Shown: positions 19,527 through 31,528, counted from the first letter of the stretch. The stretch: 64,000 bases of DNA from Vulcanimicrobiota bacterium (GCA_963714015.1 OY970223.1:736001-800000), one strand, 5' to 3'. Numbers and translations: made by a program. Notes: generated from the sequence alone by a model not told the origin.

Positions 19527-19999
19527 AGCCGTCGCATGGCGGGAAGCGCTGCGCGCGCAAGGCAAGCGCGTGGTCTTTACCAACGGCGTCTTTGACGTGC
19601 TCCATGCGGGCCACGTCGCATATTTGGAATGGGCGCGCGCGCAAGGTGATGCGCTGATCGTCGGTTTGAATACGGACGAATCGGTCCGCCGCATCAAAGG
19701 CGAACGCCGTCCTATCGTGCCGTTTGCGGAGCGCGAGGCCGTGTTGCTGGGCCTGCGGAGCGTGGATGCAGTCGTCGGATTTGCGGAGCGAACGCCCGAA
19801 ATATTGCTCGATCGTCTGAAAATCGACGTGCACGTCAAAAGCGCGCAGTATCGGGAGGATGAACTGCCGGAGCGGGACGTCGTCCTCGCGCACGGCGGCG
19901 TCGTCAAACTCGCACCGCATCGCGCCGGAGCGAGCACGACGGACACGATACGCTCGAATCATTGCGCGCTACGCCTGCGACGGGCAATCCGAAGCGTAA
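19513..19999 (+). CDS. rfaE2: Heptose-1-phosphate adenylyltransferase (RfaE domain II), frameshift near 19950
   Basis: 'VFTNGVFDVLHAGH', 'VGLNTDESVRRIKG..RP', 'STT'. Confidence 0.9.
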
Positions 20000-20002
20000 C
20001 GC

Positions 20003-21220
20003 GTGCGTCTCGCTCTGACCTGCAACGGCCCCGGCGAGACGGCGGGCTGGCTGCGCCCGCTGCTGCGCGAAGTCTACGCGCAAGCTCCTGATACCGAGGT
20101 TCACGTCTTTTACGTGCCCGACGACTATGCCACAGGCAGCGAACCCGAAGTGGTGCGGACGCTTTTTCCGCGGGCGCACGTGTACGACCCGAAGACGTAC
20201 CTCAAGATTGCGCTCGGCGCAACGCCGCCCGATCTCCCTCAAAGTGCCGACGTCATTCTGTACTTAGGAGGCGATCTGATGCACGCGGCACGGTTGCAAA
20301 GACGCCTGCGCGGAGCGCTGGCGACGTACAAATTTTCTCGCGCGAAGTATGCCGCGCAAACTCTTCGCGCGTTCGCGGTCGATGATGCAAATGCGGACCG
20401 ATTGACCGAATCGGGCATTCCGCGCGATCGCATTACGATCGTCGGAAACCTTGCCATCGACGGTGCGCTGATCGAAGCGGCGGGCCCGGCCGATGGCAAC
20501 TCCCCGGTCGACGGGATACTGTTCATGCCGGGGTCCCGGCGGTACGAAGTCGAGCAGCTGATCCCGTTTTTCTTCACGTGCGCGCTCGCGATCCGGCGCG
20601 AGCGTCCATCGCTGCCGATTGCGTTCGGGATCTCGCCTTTCACCAAACTGAGCGCGGTAAGGTTCGCCGTTGAGCGAGGCGGCGATCGACGTTTCTTCGC
20701 CGAGCGCGGAACGCTGGTTCAGGACGGTGAGACGTCTTTTTTGGAGTCTGCCGCGCGCGGGGCGCGCTTCCCGTTATTGCGCAGCACGTTGAACGCGGCC
20801 CGAGCCGCGCGCCTCGTCGTTACCATTCCGGGGACGAAAGTCATCGAACTTGCCGCGCTGGGCAAGCCGGTCATCTCTTGCACGCCGGCCAATGCGCCGG
20901 AACTCGTCACCATCAACGGACCGCTGACCTATCTGGACCGCATTCCGCTCATCGGTCCCGCCGCGAAGCGCGCCGCCGTGCTCGCCTATTCTCGCCGGCA
21001 TACGTACCACACGCAGCCGAACATCGACGCGCAGCGGACTATCGTGCACGAATTACACGGCACGCTCACCCCTGGGCGTGTCGCGCGGGTCGCCTTGAAT
21101 CGCTACGACGACGCAGCCTGGCTTGCGGAGTGCGCGCAGGCGCTCGGTGCATTGTACCGAGAACACATCGGCGCCGCGCAGCGCCTGGCAAGCGCGCTTC
21201 TCACGTTAGGGAATCATTGA
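20003..21220 (+). CDS. GT-B fold glycosyltransferase, LpxB-related
   Basis: 'NGPGE', 'VGN', 'FMPGSRRYE', 'PGT...ELAALGKP', 'PNI' mirror LpxB-family motifs. Confidence 0.6.
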   Translation: MRLALTCNGPGETAGWLRPLLREVYAQAPDTEVHVFYVPDDYATGSEPEVVRTLFPRAHVYDPKTYLKIALGATPPDLPQSADVILYLGGDLMHAARLQRRLRGALATYKFSRAKYAAQTLRAFAVDDANADRLTESGIPRDRITIVGNLAIDGALIEAAGPADGNSPVDGILFMPGSRRYEVEQLIPFFFTCALAIRRERPSLPIAFGISPFTKLSAVRFAVERGGDRRFFAERGTLVQDGETSFLESAARGARFPLLRSTLNAARAARLVVTIPGTKVIELAALGKPVISCTPANAPELVTINGPLTYLDRIPLIGPAAKRAAVLAYSRRHTYHTQPNIDAQRTIVHELHGTLTPGRVARVALNRYDDAAWLAECAQALGALYREHIGAAQRLASALLTLGNH

Positions 21221-22095
21221 TGCGCCTCTCCGTCGTCATCGCCACCAAAGACCGCGCCGAATTTCTGGATCGAGCGCTCCAGTCGTTCGCGAAGCAAATC
21301 GGCGCGCCGTCGTTTGAGGTCGTTGTCGTCGACAACGGATCGACGGATGCGACGCCGCACGTGGTCGAACGCGCGAAAACTGCGCTTCCGTTCGAATTGA
21401 CCTACGTGTACGAAGAGCGGCCTAACCGCGGCGCCGCGCGCAACCGGGGGATTGCCGCTGCGCAAGGTCACTTAGTGTTGTTTTGCGACGACGACGTGTA
21501 CGCGCCCCCAGGATTTTTGGGCGCACACGACGCCGCGCACACGCTGAGCAACTTGGTCGTGAGCGGACCCATCATCAACGTGCCGAACTATCACGAACGG
21601 CCCAAACCCGCGCCCACGAATTTCTCTCGCGCATTCTTGTGCACGTGCAACGTCTCGGTGCCGCGCGTCGCGCTCGAAGCCGTGGGCGGTTTCGACGAAC
21701 AGTTTCATCTTTATGGCTGGGAGGATACCGAACTCGGCGTGCGGCTTCGGGAGCATGGGATGCGCGCGAAATTCGCCTGGGACGCGTACATCTGGCACAT
21801 CAAACCCGCGGAAAGCACCACGCTGGATTCCGAACTGCGCAAGGCAATGGAGAAAGCGCGCATGGCCGTGCGTTTCATCAAGAAAAATTCGAGCGCCCGG
21901 GTTCGCAGCGCGACCGGGGCGCATCGGGCGAATCTGCTCCGCGCGCCGCTGCTCGAACGGCTCGCGCCGTGGTTTGCCGGGATCGCGGTCGATGAACGGA
22001 CGCCCGGGGGAATTCGAGCGCTGGCGCGCGCCCAGCTGCTCGACGCGGTCTATACGGTCGAACTCTCGCGGGCACTCGAACGCGCGAATAAATGA
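21220..22095 (+). CDS. Glycosyltransferase family 2
   Basis: 'SVVIATKDR', 'VVDNGSTD', 'ARNRG', 'FCDDD', 'GWEDTELG'. Confidence 0.9.
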   Translation: MRLSVVIATKDRAEFLDRALQSFAKQIGAPSFEVVVVDNGSTDATPHVVERAKTALPFELTYVYEERPNRGAARNRGIAAAQGHLVLFCDDDVYAPPGFLGAHDAAHTLSNLVVSGPIINVPNYHERPKPAPTNFSRAFLCTCNVSVPRVALEAVGGFDEQFHLYGWEDTELGVRLREHGMRAKFAWDAYIWHIKPAESTTLDSELRKAMEKARMAVRFIKKNSSARVRSATGAHRANLLRAPLLERLAPWFAGIAVDERTPGGIRALARAQLLDAVYTVELSRALERANK

Positions 22096-23111
22096 CTTCC
22101 AAAGCCCTCGTTTACTGCGCGGGGGGCGGCATCGGCGACTCGCTCATGGCTTCGATCGTGGCTCGCGCATTGCACCGGCGGTTCCAAAGCGTCACGGCGC
22201 TCACGCTTGCCGGTCATCGCGATGCACTGCAGCGGGTTCCGGATTTTGACGAGGTCCTCGTCGATGACGGCGGCGATCCAAAGGAGCTGGGACGCAATCT
22301 GCAGCGCCGCGGGTTCGACGCGGCAGTTCTGACGTGGGCGACGGCGCGGACGGCGCGCGTTCTCAATCTGGCCCAGATTCCGGTCCGCGTCGGGCAAGCC
22401 CGGCGCATGTACTCCAGGCAATTCACCCACCGCGTCATCGTGCGCAGCGAGCTCGGCGACGTCACTTCGCATTGGTCCCAAATTCTGCTGGACTACGCGC
22501 GCGCGCTGGACTGCGACACCGGCCGAACCGCGCCGAATTTCCAGCCGACGGACGCAGACCGGCAGGAAGCGCTGGCGGCGCTGAACGATCTGCAGCTCGG
22601 CGACGGCGCATTTGCTATCGTCCATAGCACCAATGCCGTTGCACCGGTGCGGGGCATTTGGCCGGTCGCGGGGTGGGCAGCACTGAGCCGATCGATCCGG
22701 GAGCGCTTCGGCGTGCCGGTTTTACTTAGCGGGTCGAACGCGGACCGCGGCATCGTCGAGCGCATCGCTGCCCAGAGCGGCGGCATTCCGATTGCCGGCA
22801 CGATCTCGATCGGCGCCTTTGGCGCGCTCGCCCAGCGTGCACGGCATTTTGCCGGAATAACGACCGGGACGATGCACGTTGCCGCGGCGGTCGGGTGTCC
22901 CACCGTCGGCATATTTCCATTTCAGACCGACGTGCCCGAGCGCTGGGCCCCGCTCGGACCGCGTACCGCAATCGTGCGCGCGAGCTATCCGTGCCGTCCG
23001 GGAGAACGCAAGGAGACCTGTCCCGACTACGCCTGCATCGCCAACCTCGACGTGCCGCGGATCGTTGCGGCATGTGAAGCAGTTCTGGCGGCGAACCCCC
23101 CCGCGCCATGA
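22092..23111 (+). CDS. Glycosyltransferase family 9 (heptosyltransferase-like)
   Basis: 'GGIGDSL', 'TGTMHVAAAVGCPTVGIF', 'RWAP'. Confidence 0.85.
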   Translation: MTSKALVYCAGGGIGDSLMASIVARALHRRFQSVTALTLAGHRDALQRVPDFDEVLVDDGGDPKELGRNLQRRGFDAAVLTWATARTARVLNLAQIPVRVGQARRMYSRQFTHRVIVRSELGDVTSHWSQILLDYARALDCDTGRTAPNFQPTDADRQEALAALNDLQLGDGAFAIVHSTNAVAPVRGIWPVAGWAALSRSIRERFGVPVLLSGSNADRGIVERIAAQSGGIPIAGTISIGAFGALAQRARHFAGITTGTMHVAAAVGCPTVGIFPFQTDVPERWAPLGPRTAIVRASYPCRPGERKETCPDYACIANLDVPRIVAACEAVLAANPPAP

Positions 23112-24013
23112 GGGCGACCATTCAGCTGTGCACGTACAACCGGGCGGCACTGCTGGAACGCGTGCTGGACGCATGTTTCGAACAGACTGCGGGAAGCGGC
23201 GATTACGAAGTCGTCCTGGTCGACGACGGATCGACCGACGGCCGCACCGAACACGTCATCGCGCAAGCTCGAGCGCGCGCGACCTGCGCGTTCACTGCGC
23301 TTACCCAGCCGAATTCCGGCCTGGCGGCGGGACGCAATCGCGGCATCGCGCATGCGCGCGGCGAGCGGATCATCTTCATCGACGACGACGTGCTCCCGTT
23401 GCCGAACTTCGTGGAACAACACCTTCGTTCGCACGCAGCCGCGCCGCTTGCGATCGTGCGCGGGGGCGCCATCAACGTCGAGGACATCGACGATCTTCCG
23501 CCGCCGATCTGGTCGATCAAAAACTATAGCGGCAACTATTTTTGGACCACGAACGTCTCGGTCCCGCTCAAGACGATCCGCGCCGCCGGCGGCTTCAACG
23601 AGGCGTTCGCGGAGTACGGCTGGGAAGACATCGACGTCGGTCTGCGGCTGCGCTTTGCGGGCGTCAAAGCCGTATTCAACAAGAACGCCCTGGTTTTTCA
23701 CTACAAACCTCGGCCCACCGCGGCGAACGTGGAGAAGATGGTGCGCCAAGCGCGCGCCCAGGCTCGCACGGCAGTGCAGCTCGGGCGGCTGCATCCCCAC
23801 TGGCGCACGTATCTGGCAACCGGCGATAACGCTCCGGCACGACTGCTCCACAAATGGATGCGCGGCATCGACATGGCGCGCCGCTACCGCACGGTACTGG
23901 GCGATCTTTCAACCGATCGCGCGCTGAGCGACAAAGAACTGCGCGCGGCGCAGCGTCTGGTTCGTGAGGCGTATTTCGAGGAGTTGGAACGGGCCCGCGC
24001 GAGCGGCGCTTGA
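23108..24013 (+). CDS. Glycosyltransferase family 2
   Basis: 'CTYNR', 'VDDGSTD', 'FIDDD', 'GWEDIDVG'. Confidence 0.9.
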   Translation: MRATIQLCTYNRAALLERVLDACFEQTAGSGDYEVVLVDDGSTDGRTEHVIAQARARATCAFTALTQPNSGLAAGRNRGIAHARGERIIFIDDDVLPLPNFVEQHLRSHAAAPLAIVRGGAINVEDIDDLPPPIWSIKNYSGNYFWTTNVSVPLKTIRAAGGFNEAFAEYGWEDIDVGLRLRFAGVKAVFNKNALVFHYKPRPTAANVEKMVRQARAQARTAVQLGRLHPHWRTYLATGDNAPARLLHKWMRGIDMARRYRTVLGDLSTDRALSDKELRAAQRLVREAYFEELERARASGA

Positions 24014-25004
24014 TGCGCATCCTCATCTCGCGCACCGATCGCATCGGCGATCTGGTTCTCTCGACGCCTGCAATCGCAACGATCCGCAACTCTTTTCCCT
24101 ACGCGCACATCGTGATGGTTTGCAGTCCCTATAACCGCGTCGTCATGGAGCGAAACTCGGATGTGGATGAAAACGTATTGCTCGACGGAGGCCTCACTCC
24201 GGCCGCCTTCGGATCGCGGTACCGAGGCAATCTCGACCTCGCGTTTGCTTTAGCTCCGCGCCTCACCGACATTGCGCTCGTCGGCGCGACCCGCGCGCCG
24301 GTGCGGGTCGGATATACCTACGTTCGACGGCTCGTCGCCCGCATGACGGCGCGTTTTTTTCTCAATCGCGTGATGCTCTCCGAAGCGGACCCGGAATTGA
24401 GCGAGCGCAATCCGCACCGGCAAGTGCGTCACGAGGTCAATCAGTCTGCTGGATTTGGTGGAACTGGGCGGCGCCACCCGGCGCGTCCACGACCTGCGGT
24501 TGAATCTGACCGACGAAGATCGGAATGCTATTGCTTATCTCCCCGCCTCGCCGATCGTGCTGCACTTGGGACTGCGCTGGTTCGTCGACGGCAGCACGCT
24601 CGAATCGACGATCGCGCTCATCCGCGAGATGCACCGGTTTGCTCTCCCGCTGGTGGTTACATATGCGCCGGAATGCGAACGCTACGTGCAAGCGATTGCC
24701 GCGTCGCGCAGCGCGGAGGTGCTGCTGGGCGGGCTGCCGTTTTATCGTTGGGCCGCAGTCTTCGAGCGCGCCCGCGCAATCGTGACCGTCGATACGGGTG
24801 CGACCCATGTCGCAAGCGCGGTTCGCAGGCCAACAGTCGTGGTCTTCGAACATCGCTACTTCCGGCTGAACTCGCAGGAATGGGCGCCCTACGGCGTACC
24901 GAGCGTGCTGGTTCGAAAGCCGGCCGACGAATCGCCGGAGTCGCTGGCGCAGCTTCCGCCGAGAGATTCTGGACGCCGTCGCTCATCTATTGGAAAATGA
25001 CTGA
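24010..25004 (+). CDS. Glycosyltransferase family 9, frameshifts near 24445 and 24955
   Basis: 'RTDRIGDLVLSTP' and, in the second frame, 'TVDTGATHVASA..RPTVVVF...WAP'. Confidence 0.82.
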
Positions 25005-25893
25005 ACTCTCCGTCGTAATTCCGACATACAACCGGATCGATACCCTGCGCTCCGTCATTCCGTCGCTGCTCCGGCAGACGCTGGAGAATTCCGCATACGA
25101 GATACTCGTCTGCGACTCTAATTCAAACGACGGCACCCGCGAGTATTTGGCCGAAGTGAGCGCGCAGCATCCGAACGTGCGCCACTTGCCGGGCGCATAC
25201 AACGGCCGCGCCATGGCGCGCAACGCCGGTATTGCACAAGCCTGCGGCACAGTGGTGCTTTTCAACGACTCGGATATCATCGCCGACGAGCATTTGCTGC
25301 AAGCTCATCTACAGCACCACCAGGCGCGCAGCGGGATCGCGGTCGTCGGCTGGGAAGTGCAAGTCCGCTCGATTGCGGACTATGAATACAAGCGCGCGCA
25401 TCCCGCAGAGCGCGGGACGCTGCATCCCGCTTCGCGCAAACGCCTGAGTTGGCTCTATTTTCTCACCGGCAACGCGTCGGCCCGGCGTGAGGATCTGCTT
25501 CGCGTCGGCTGCTTCGACGAGAGTTTTACCGGTTACGGGCACGAGGACTTGGAACTGGGATACCGTCTGCAAAAGGCGGGGATCGCGATTCTCTACGAGC
25601 CCCGCGCCGTCAACTATCATTGTCAGGACGTTCCGCACGAGGATCAGGTAGAGAAGATGAAACTCGCAGGGCGTTCGACGGTGCGCTTCTACCGCAAGCA
25701 TCCGGAGTTTTCGGTGATGGCCAATTTAGGAATGACGCCGGTCTCACTGGGACTTCACTCGGCGCTTAGCAGAGCGCCGTGGGTGCTGGGGTATTTCGAT
25801 CGCCGTTCCGCTCGCTCGAAATTCGCGCGAGATCTGTTGCAGCAATACTATTACGTCTCCGGAATCAAGAACGCATTGAACGAGCAACGATGA
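24997..25893 (+). CDS. Glycosyltransferase family 2
   Basis: 'SVVIPTYNR', 'ARNAG', 'FNDSD', '[11 protein letters not shown]'. Confidence 0.9.
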   Translation: MTELSVVIPTYNRIDTLRSVIPSLLRQTLENSAYEILVCDSNSNDGTREYLAEVSAQHPNVRHLPGAYNGRAMARNAGIAQACGTVVLFNDSDIIADEHLLQAHLQHHQARSGIAVVGWEVQVRSIADYEYKRAHPAERGTLHPASRKRLSWLYFLTGNASARREDLLRVGCFDESFTGYGHEDLELGYRLQKAGIAILYEPRAVNYHCQDVPHEDQVEKMKLAGRSTVRFYRKHPEFSVMANLGMTPVSLGLHSALSRAPWVLGYFDRRSARSKFARDLLQQYYYVSGIKNALNEQR

Positions 25894-27658
25894 GTGAAGG
25901 TGCAATGAAACGAACGTGCGGCGCTCTGCGCGCGCAAGACGTGGACTCGGCTGTGGAACTGAACGGCTGGGTGAATCGGCGGCGCGATCACGGCGGCCTG
26001 ATCTTCATCGATTTGCGCGACCGTGACGGCATTACGCAGATCGTCTTCGATCCGCAGCAGCCCTCGTTCAAAGAAGCCGAGCATCTGCGGCATGAGGACG
26101 TCATCCGTGTGAACGGCCGGGTGCGCCGGCGTCCCGCAGGCACCGAGAACTCCAAGCTCTCCACCGGCGAGATCGAGGTGGGCATCGACGATCTCGAAGT
26201 GCTGAATCGTTCGCTTGTGCCGCCGTTCCCCGTCAACACCGACGACGACGTCGACGAGAATCTTCGGCTCGAGTTCCGGTACCTGGATCTGCGGCGGCCT
26301 CGTCTGCAGCGCAATATCGCCGTCCGCCATCGGATCGTCAAAGCGATGCGCGATTTTTTCGACGAGCGCGGATTCTTGGAGATTGAAACGCCGATGCTCA
26401 TCAAGTCGACGCCGGAAGGGGCGCGTGATTACCTGGTTCCGAGCCGCGTCCATCATGGATCGTTCTACGCGCTGCCGCAGTCGCCGCAAATCCTCAAGCA
26501 GATTCTGATGATTGCCGGATTCGGGCGTTACATGCAGATTGCGCGCTGCATGCGCGACGAGGATCAGCGAGCGGACCGGCAGGCTCGAGTTTACGCAGAT
26601 CGACGTCGAGCTCTCGTTTACGACCCAGGACGAGGTGCTCGAAATCATGGAGTCGTGCATCCATTACGTTTGGAAGCGCGTCCTGGACTTCGATCTTCCC
26701 GCCTTCCCGCGGTATTCGCATGCCGACGTGTTGAGCCGCTACGGCAGCGACAAACCGGATCTGCGCTTCGGGCTCGGAGCTGCGCGAGGTCAACGACGTC
26801 TTCGCCGGCACCGAATTCGGCGTATTCAAGTCGGTGATCGATTCCGGCGGCGCAATCGTCGGTTTGCGCTATCCCGCCGGCGCCGCGCTTTCCCGGCGCG
26901 ACTTTGACGCGCTCACCGAGTTGGCGAAACAAAACGGCGCTAAAGGGATGGTTTGGATCGCGCTCGGCTCTGACGGAGTCAAGAGTTCGGCCGCAAAGTT
27001 CATCGATGCGGGCGCCGCCGCGAAGCTGGCCGAACGTTTAGAGGCCGAAACCGGCGATGCGCTGCTCCTTTTTGCCGATGCGCGCGACGCAGCTTTGGCC
27101 GCCGCCGGTAAAATGCGGATCGAGGTGGGCGAGCGCTGCAGTTTGCGGGACCCGGGCAAATTCGCCTTTGCGTGGGTTACTGATTTTCCGTTGTTCGAAC
27201 GCGACGAAGTGACGGGCGAACCTGCGCCGGCTCATCACCCTTTTACCGCGCCTTCGGAAGGGCAATGGGACCTTATCGAAACGGAACCGCTGCAGATGCG
27301 TGCGCAGCATTACGACATGGTGCTCAACGGGTTCGAGCTGGGCAGCGGATCGATCCGTATCCACAAGCCGGAGTTCCAGCGCAAGATCTTCACGATGCTC
27401 GGTATGACGGCGCAGGAGATTGACGACCGCTTCGGATTTTTTATCCGCGCTCTCGACTACGGTGCGCCGCCGCACGGCGGCATGGCGCTGGGCATCGATC
27501 GCATCGCCATGCTGGCCGTCGGGGAAACCGGTATTCGCGACGTGATCGCATTCCCGAAGAACCAGATGGCGCGCGACGTGATGATGAACGCTCCCTCGCC
27601 CGTGGATCCCCGCCTCGTGCGCGATTTGGGCCTGAATATCACGGCGCCAGGCACCTGA
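25890..27658 (+). CDS. aspS: Aspartate--tRNA ligase, frameshifts near 26580 and 26775
   Basis: '[14 protein letters not shown]', 'RYLDLRR', 'TPEGARDY', 'LPQSPQ', 'HHPFT', '[14 protein letters not shown]'. Confidence 0.96.
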
Positions 27659-27684
27659 CGACGCCGCCGCAAACATCTCGAGGA

Positions 27685-30600
27685 ATGCATCTGCGTTGCA
27701 TTTTAGGATGCCTGGTATTGTTCGCCGCATCGTTCGCGCTTGCGAACACGCAGGACGAACCCGGCGCACTCGTCGATCCGTTCGTCGGCACGTCGGGCAC
27801 GAAGATCGGCGGTCCCATCGATACGTTCCCCGGCGCGGACGCGCCTTTCGGAATGGTTCAGTTCAGTCCGGATACGCCGACGCAGCCCGCCGGCGGCGGC
27901 TACGACTACAAAGACTCGTCCATTACCTGGTTCAGTCTCGATCATTTGAGCGGTCCCGGATGCGGCGTCTTCGGCGACTTCGGCGTGCTGCCGGTCGTCG
28001 GCGCGCAAGCCGATCCGGCCCACGTCAAGCAGCCGTTTTCGCATTCGGACGAGAGCGCATCGCCGGGATACTACGCGGTGACGCTGGGCCGCGAACGCAT
28101 TCGCACGGAACTGACGGCCGGTTTGCGCAGCGGCATCGCGCGCTTTACTTTTCCTCCGTCCAAAGATGCGGAAATCCTGATCAACGCCGCGACCAGTGAG
28201 GCGGGCACCAACGACTCGGCGATCCGCATCGTTTCACCGACGCAAGTTGAGGGGTGGGTTACGAGCGGCCAGTTTTGCGGAATGCCGAACGTCTACACGG
28301 TCTACTTCGCCGCGCAATTCGATCGCCCGATGAGCCGGTCAGGCGTTTGGGGCGGCGGACACGGAACGCAGGACGGGGCATGGGGGCGCTTCGATGCGAC
28401 GTCCCGGAATACGCTCGTTGCGCGTTTCGCGCTTTCGTGGGTGAATCAAGCCGGCGCATGGGCGAATCTGCGCGCCGGAGTATCCGACTTCGATTCGCAG
28501 CGCCGGCAAACAGCGCAATCTTTGGAACGCGTACTTGGGGCGCGTGCGCATAACCGGAGGAACCGCCGCCGGCGAGCGCACGTTTTATACCGCGCTTTAT
28601 CATTCACTGCTGCATCCGAACGTTTTCAGCGACGCCGATGGCAAGTACCGGGGGTTCGACGACGCAGTGCACAGCGCGCGCCCGGGACATTTGGAGTATG
28701 CGAATTTCTCCGGCTGGGACATCTACCGCACCGAGATGCCGCTCGTGGCGCTGATTGCGCCGCGCGAGGCCGGCGACATGATGCAATCGCTCCTGGACGA
28801 GCAGCAGCAGGGCGGCTGGCTTCCCAAATGGCCGGTCGCGAACGCGTACAGCGGCGTGATGGGCGGCGATCCTGCGCAGACCATCTTGGCCGAATCCTAT
28901 GCATTCGGTGCGCGCGGCTTCGATCCGCACGCTGCGCTGCGCGCGATGATCAAGAATGCAACCGACGATTCCTCGCCGCCGGGCCAAGGCTGGTATCGTC
29001 CGCGCCCTGCCGCCGGCGAGTATACGTCGCGCGGTTACGTGGTCAATACGCATACGACCAACGTCTCGCCCGTTCCGAACGGCGCATCGTTGACGTTGGA
29101 GTACTCGGCGGCCGACTTTTCCGTGGCGCAGTTCGCCAAGTCGATCGGAAACATGTCCGTTTACCGCGCTTTCATGGCTCGATCGCAACGCTGGCGCGAC
29201 GTCTTCGACACGCAGCTCCGGATTAATGGCGCCGCGCGGCGTATCCGGCGCTTTCATGCACACGCCGATTACCTCGAACGGGCAAAGCGGATTTCAGGAA
29301 GGCAACACTTATCAGTACACGTGGATGGTGCCTCAGGATCTCTCGGGCCTAATCTATGGCCTCGGCGGACGCGATGCGGCGGTCGCCCGGCTCGACGCGT
29401 ATTTCACGCAGCTGAACGGCGGTGAAGACAAGCCGTATGCGTGGCTCGGCAACGAGCCGAGTTTGGGCGATCCTTGGGTGTATTGGAGCGCCGGAGCTCC
29501 TTCCAAGGGCGAGCGCGTTCTGCGCGACGCGCTCTCGACACTTTACGCAGACACCCCGGACGGCATCCCCGGAAACGACGACCTGGGAACGATGAGTGCG
29601 TGGTACGTCTGGTGCGCGATGGGACTGTACCCGCAAAATCCGTCGGTGCCGTTTTTCGATCTGGGCGCACCGATGTTTACCTCGATCCGCATTTCCGTTC
29701 CCGGAGGCGCGCAAATTGCGATCGACGCGCCCGCCGCCGGAGATCGCGGCGAGTACGTGCAAAGCGTCACCGTAAACCGCAAGCCGCAGTCCGCATCGTG
29801 GGTTCCGTTTGCATACAAGCGCGCGCTGCATATCGCATTCGCTTTAGGCGATTCCCCCACAGCTTGGGGCACCGCCGTCAAGGACGCGCCGCCGTCGTTC
29901 CCCGCGACGATGCCGCGCTTTCCGCCGTCGACCGGGGCGCAGTTCGCCTCGGGCGACCGCAGCATTGACCTCGTGCCGGGCGGTGACGGCAAGCTCGAAG
30001 TCACGCTTACGGATACCGACCGCGCGCATCCGTCCACCGTCTCGTGGCGCGCCGAGCTGCCGCGCGGGCTAACCGCTGCGCCCGCATCCGGTACCGCGCC
30101 GGCGAATTCGACGCTGCACATCGTGCTTCACGCAAGCTCGGATATTGCGCCGCACTACTATCCCGTGACGATCGCGGCTCACGCCTCCAACGGCGCGATC
30201 GTGGTTCCTTGGAGCGCCGTGGCGATGGCGGCGCCGCAGAGCACCGTGATCCCCCTCGCTTACGTCGCGAATTTCTCGGACAATACCGTCGATGCTTTCG
30301 ACCCGCAAACCGGGGCGATCGTTCGCACTATTGCGGTCGGCAGTAATCCCGGCGACGTCGCGCTCACGCCGGACGCTTTCCGGCTGCTCGTGCCGAATCA
30401 AGGCTCCAACGATCTTACGGTAATCGACACGGTGACCGGCAGAACCATCGCAACGATCAAGACCGGCAAGGTTCCCGCAAGCGTTCGCATCGCCCCTAAC
30501 GGCGCGACGGCATGGGTCACTGATTACGGCGACAACGCCGTTCAAGCAATCGATCTCAAGAAGATGCGCGCCGGCCCGCTGATTGCGGTGGGACGTAATC

Positions 30601-31127
30601 CCCAGCAGCTGGCGTTTTCTCCGGACGGATCGATGTTGTACGTGGTCGATCAGGGCGACAACGAAGTAACGCCGATCGACGTGCGCTCGCGCTCGCTGCT
30701 CGATCCGGTTGCGGTCGGCGCACGACCGCTTGGGATCGTCATCTCCAAGGACGGAAGCAAGGCCTACGTCAGCAATTCCGGCGATGCCACCGTAACGCCG
30801 ATCGACCTGCGCAGCCGGTCGCCGCAGACACCGATCTCCGTCGGAGTCGAACCTCAGGGCATGGCGCTCGACGCGACCGGTTCAAAACTTTACGTTGCAG
30901 ATTCGGGGTCCGATACGGTCAGCGTCGTGGACACCACGCGCGGCGTGAGAACGTCGGTCGTACGCGCGGGCCTGAATCCGCAGACCGTTTCCATTTCAGC
31001 GGACGGCGCGGACCTGTTCGTCACGGCGATGTCCGACAACGCTTGCGTAAAGATTTCGATCGCCGATCCCGCATCGCGAACGAGCATTCTTGTCGGAAAC
31101 GTACCATTAGCGCTCGCCCTCCCCTAA
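27685..31127 (+). CDS. Secreted GH92 alpha-mannosidase-like protein with C-terminal YVTN-type beta-propeller, frameshifts near 28520 and 29220
   Basis: 'VDPFVGT', 'PFGMVQFSPDT', 'FYTALYH', 'GWDIYR', 'GNEPS', 'PGNDDLGTMSAWY'; then about 7 repeats of 'YV.N..D.TV..ID.....I.VG..P'. Confidence 0.88.
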
Positions 31128-31159
31128 GATTCCTTGCGCGCTCAGGCGAAGTACCACGT

Positions 31160-31528
31160 ATGCGGATGATTCGATTTTTGGCGGCAGCGGCACTCGCGGC
31201 AAGTGCGGTGCTGTTGACGCCTGCGGCCGGGTATTCGCAACAAACCGGTTCCGGCCAGACCTGTGGTGAGAGCAACTTCACGTCCGACGGCGTGACGTGG
31301 CGCGTGATCTTTGCAAAGAACGGCGCCGTGCAGCAGTATCTGCTCGCGAGCAGCTCGCACAATCAAGAACACGATCATGATGCGCTGCTCGCCGCTCAAG
31401 CGAAGTATGGGCCCGAAGCTATCGACGCCCCGCCGGTCCGCATCATCAGCTTCAAGTCCGGTGACGGCGGAATGATGATTCCGGACAAAGCGGTCGACAG
31501 CTGCGGCCGGATCACCCACTTTCACTAG
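31160..31528 (+). CDS. Hypothetical secreted protein
   Basis: Ala-rich signal peptide, two Cys, no recognised domain. Confidence 0.6.
   Translation: MRMIRFLAAAALAASAVLLTPAAGYSQQTGSGQTCGESNFTSDGVTWRVIFAKNGAVQQYLLASSSHNQEHDHDALLAAQAKYGPEAIDAPPVRIISFKSGDGGMMIPDKAVDSCGRITHFH

Noticed and set aside
24010..25893. 627-aa GT9-GT2 fusion
   Set aside because: The middle of the ORF is out-of-frame nonsense; the real GT9 C-terminal half is in another frame (24455-25000).
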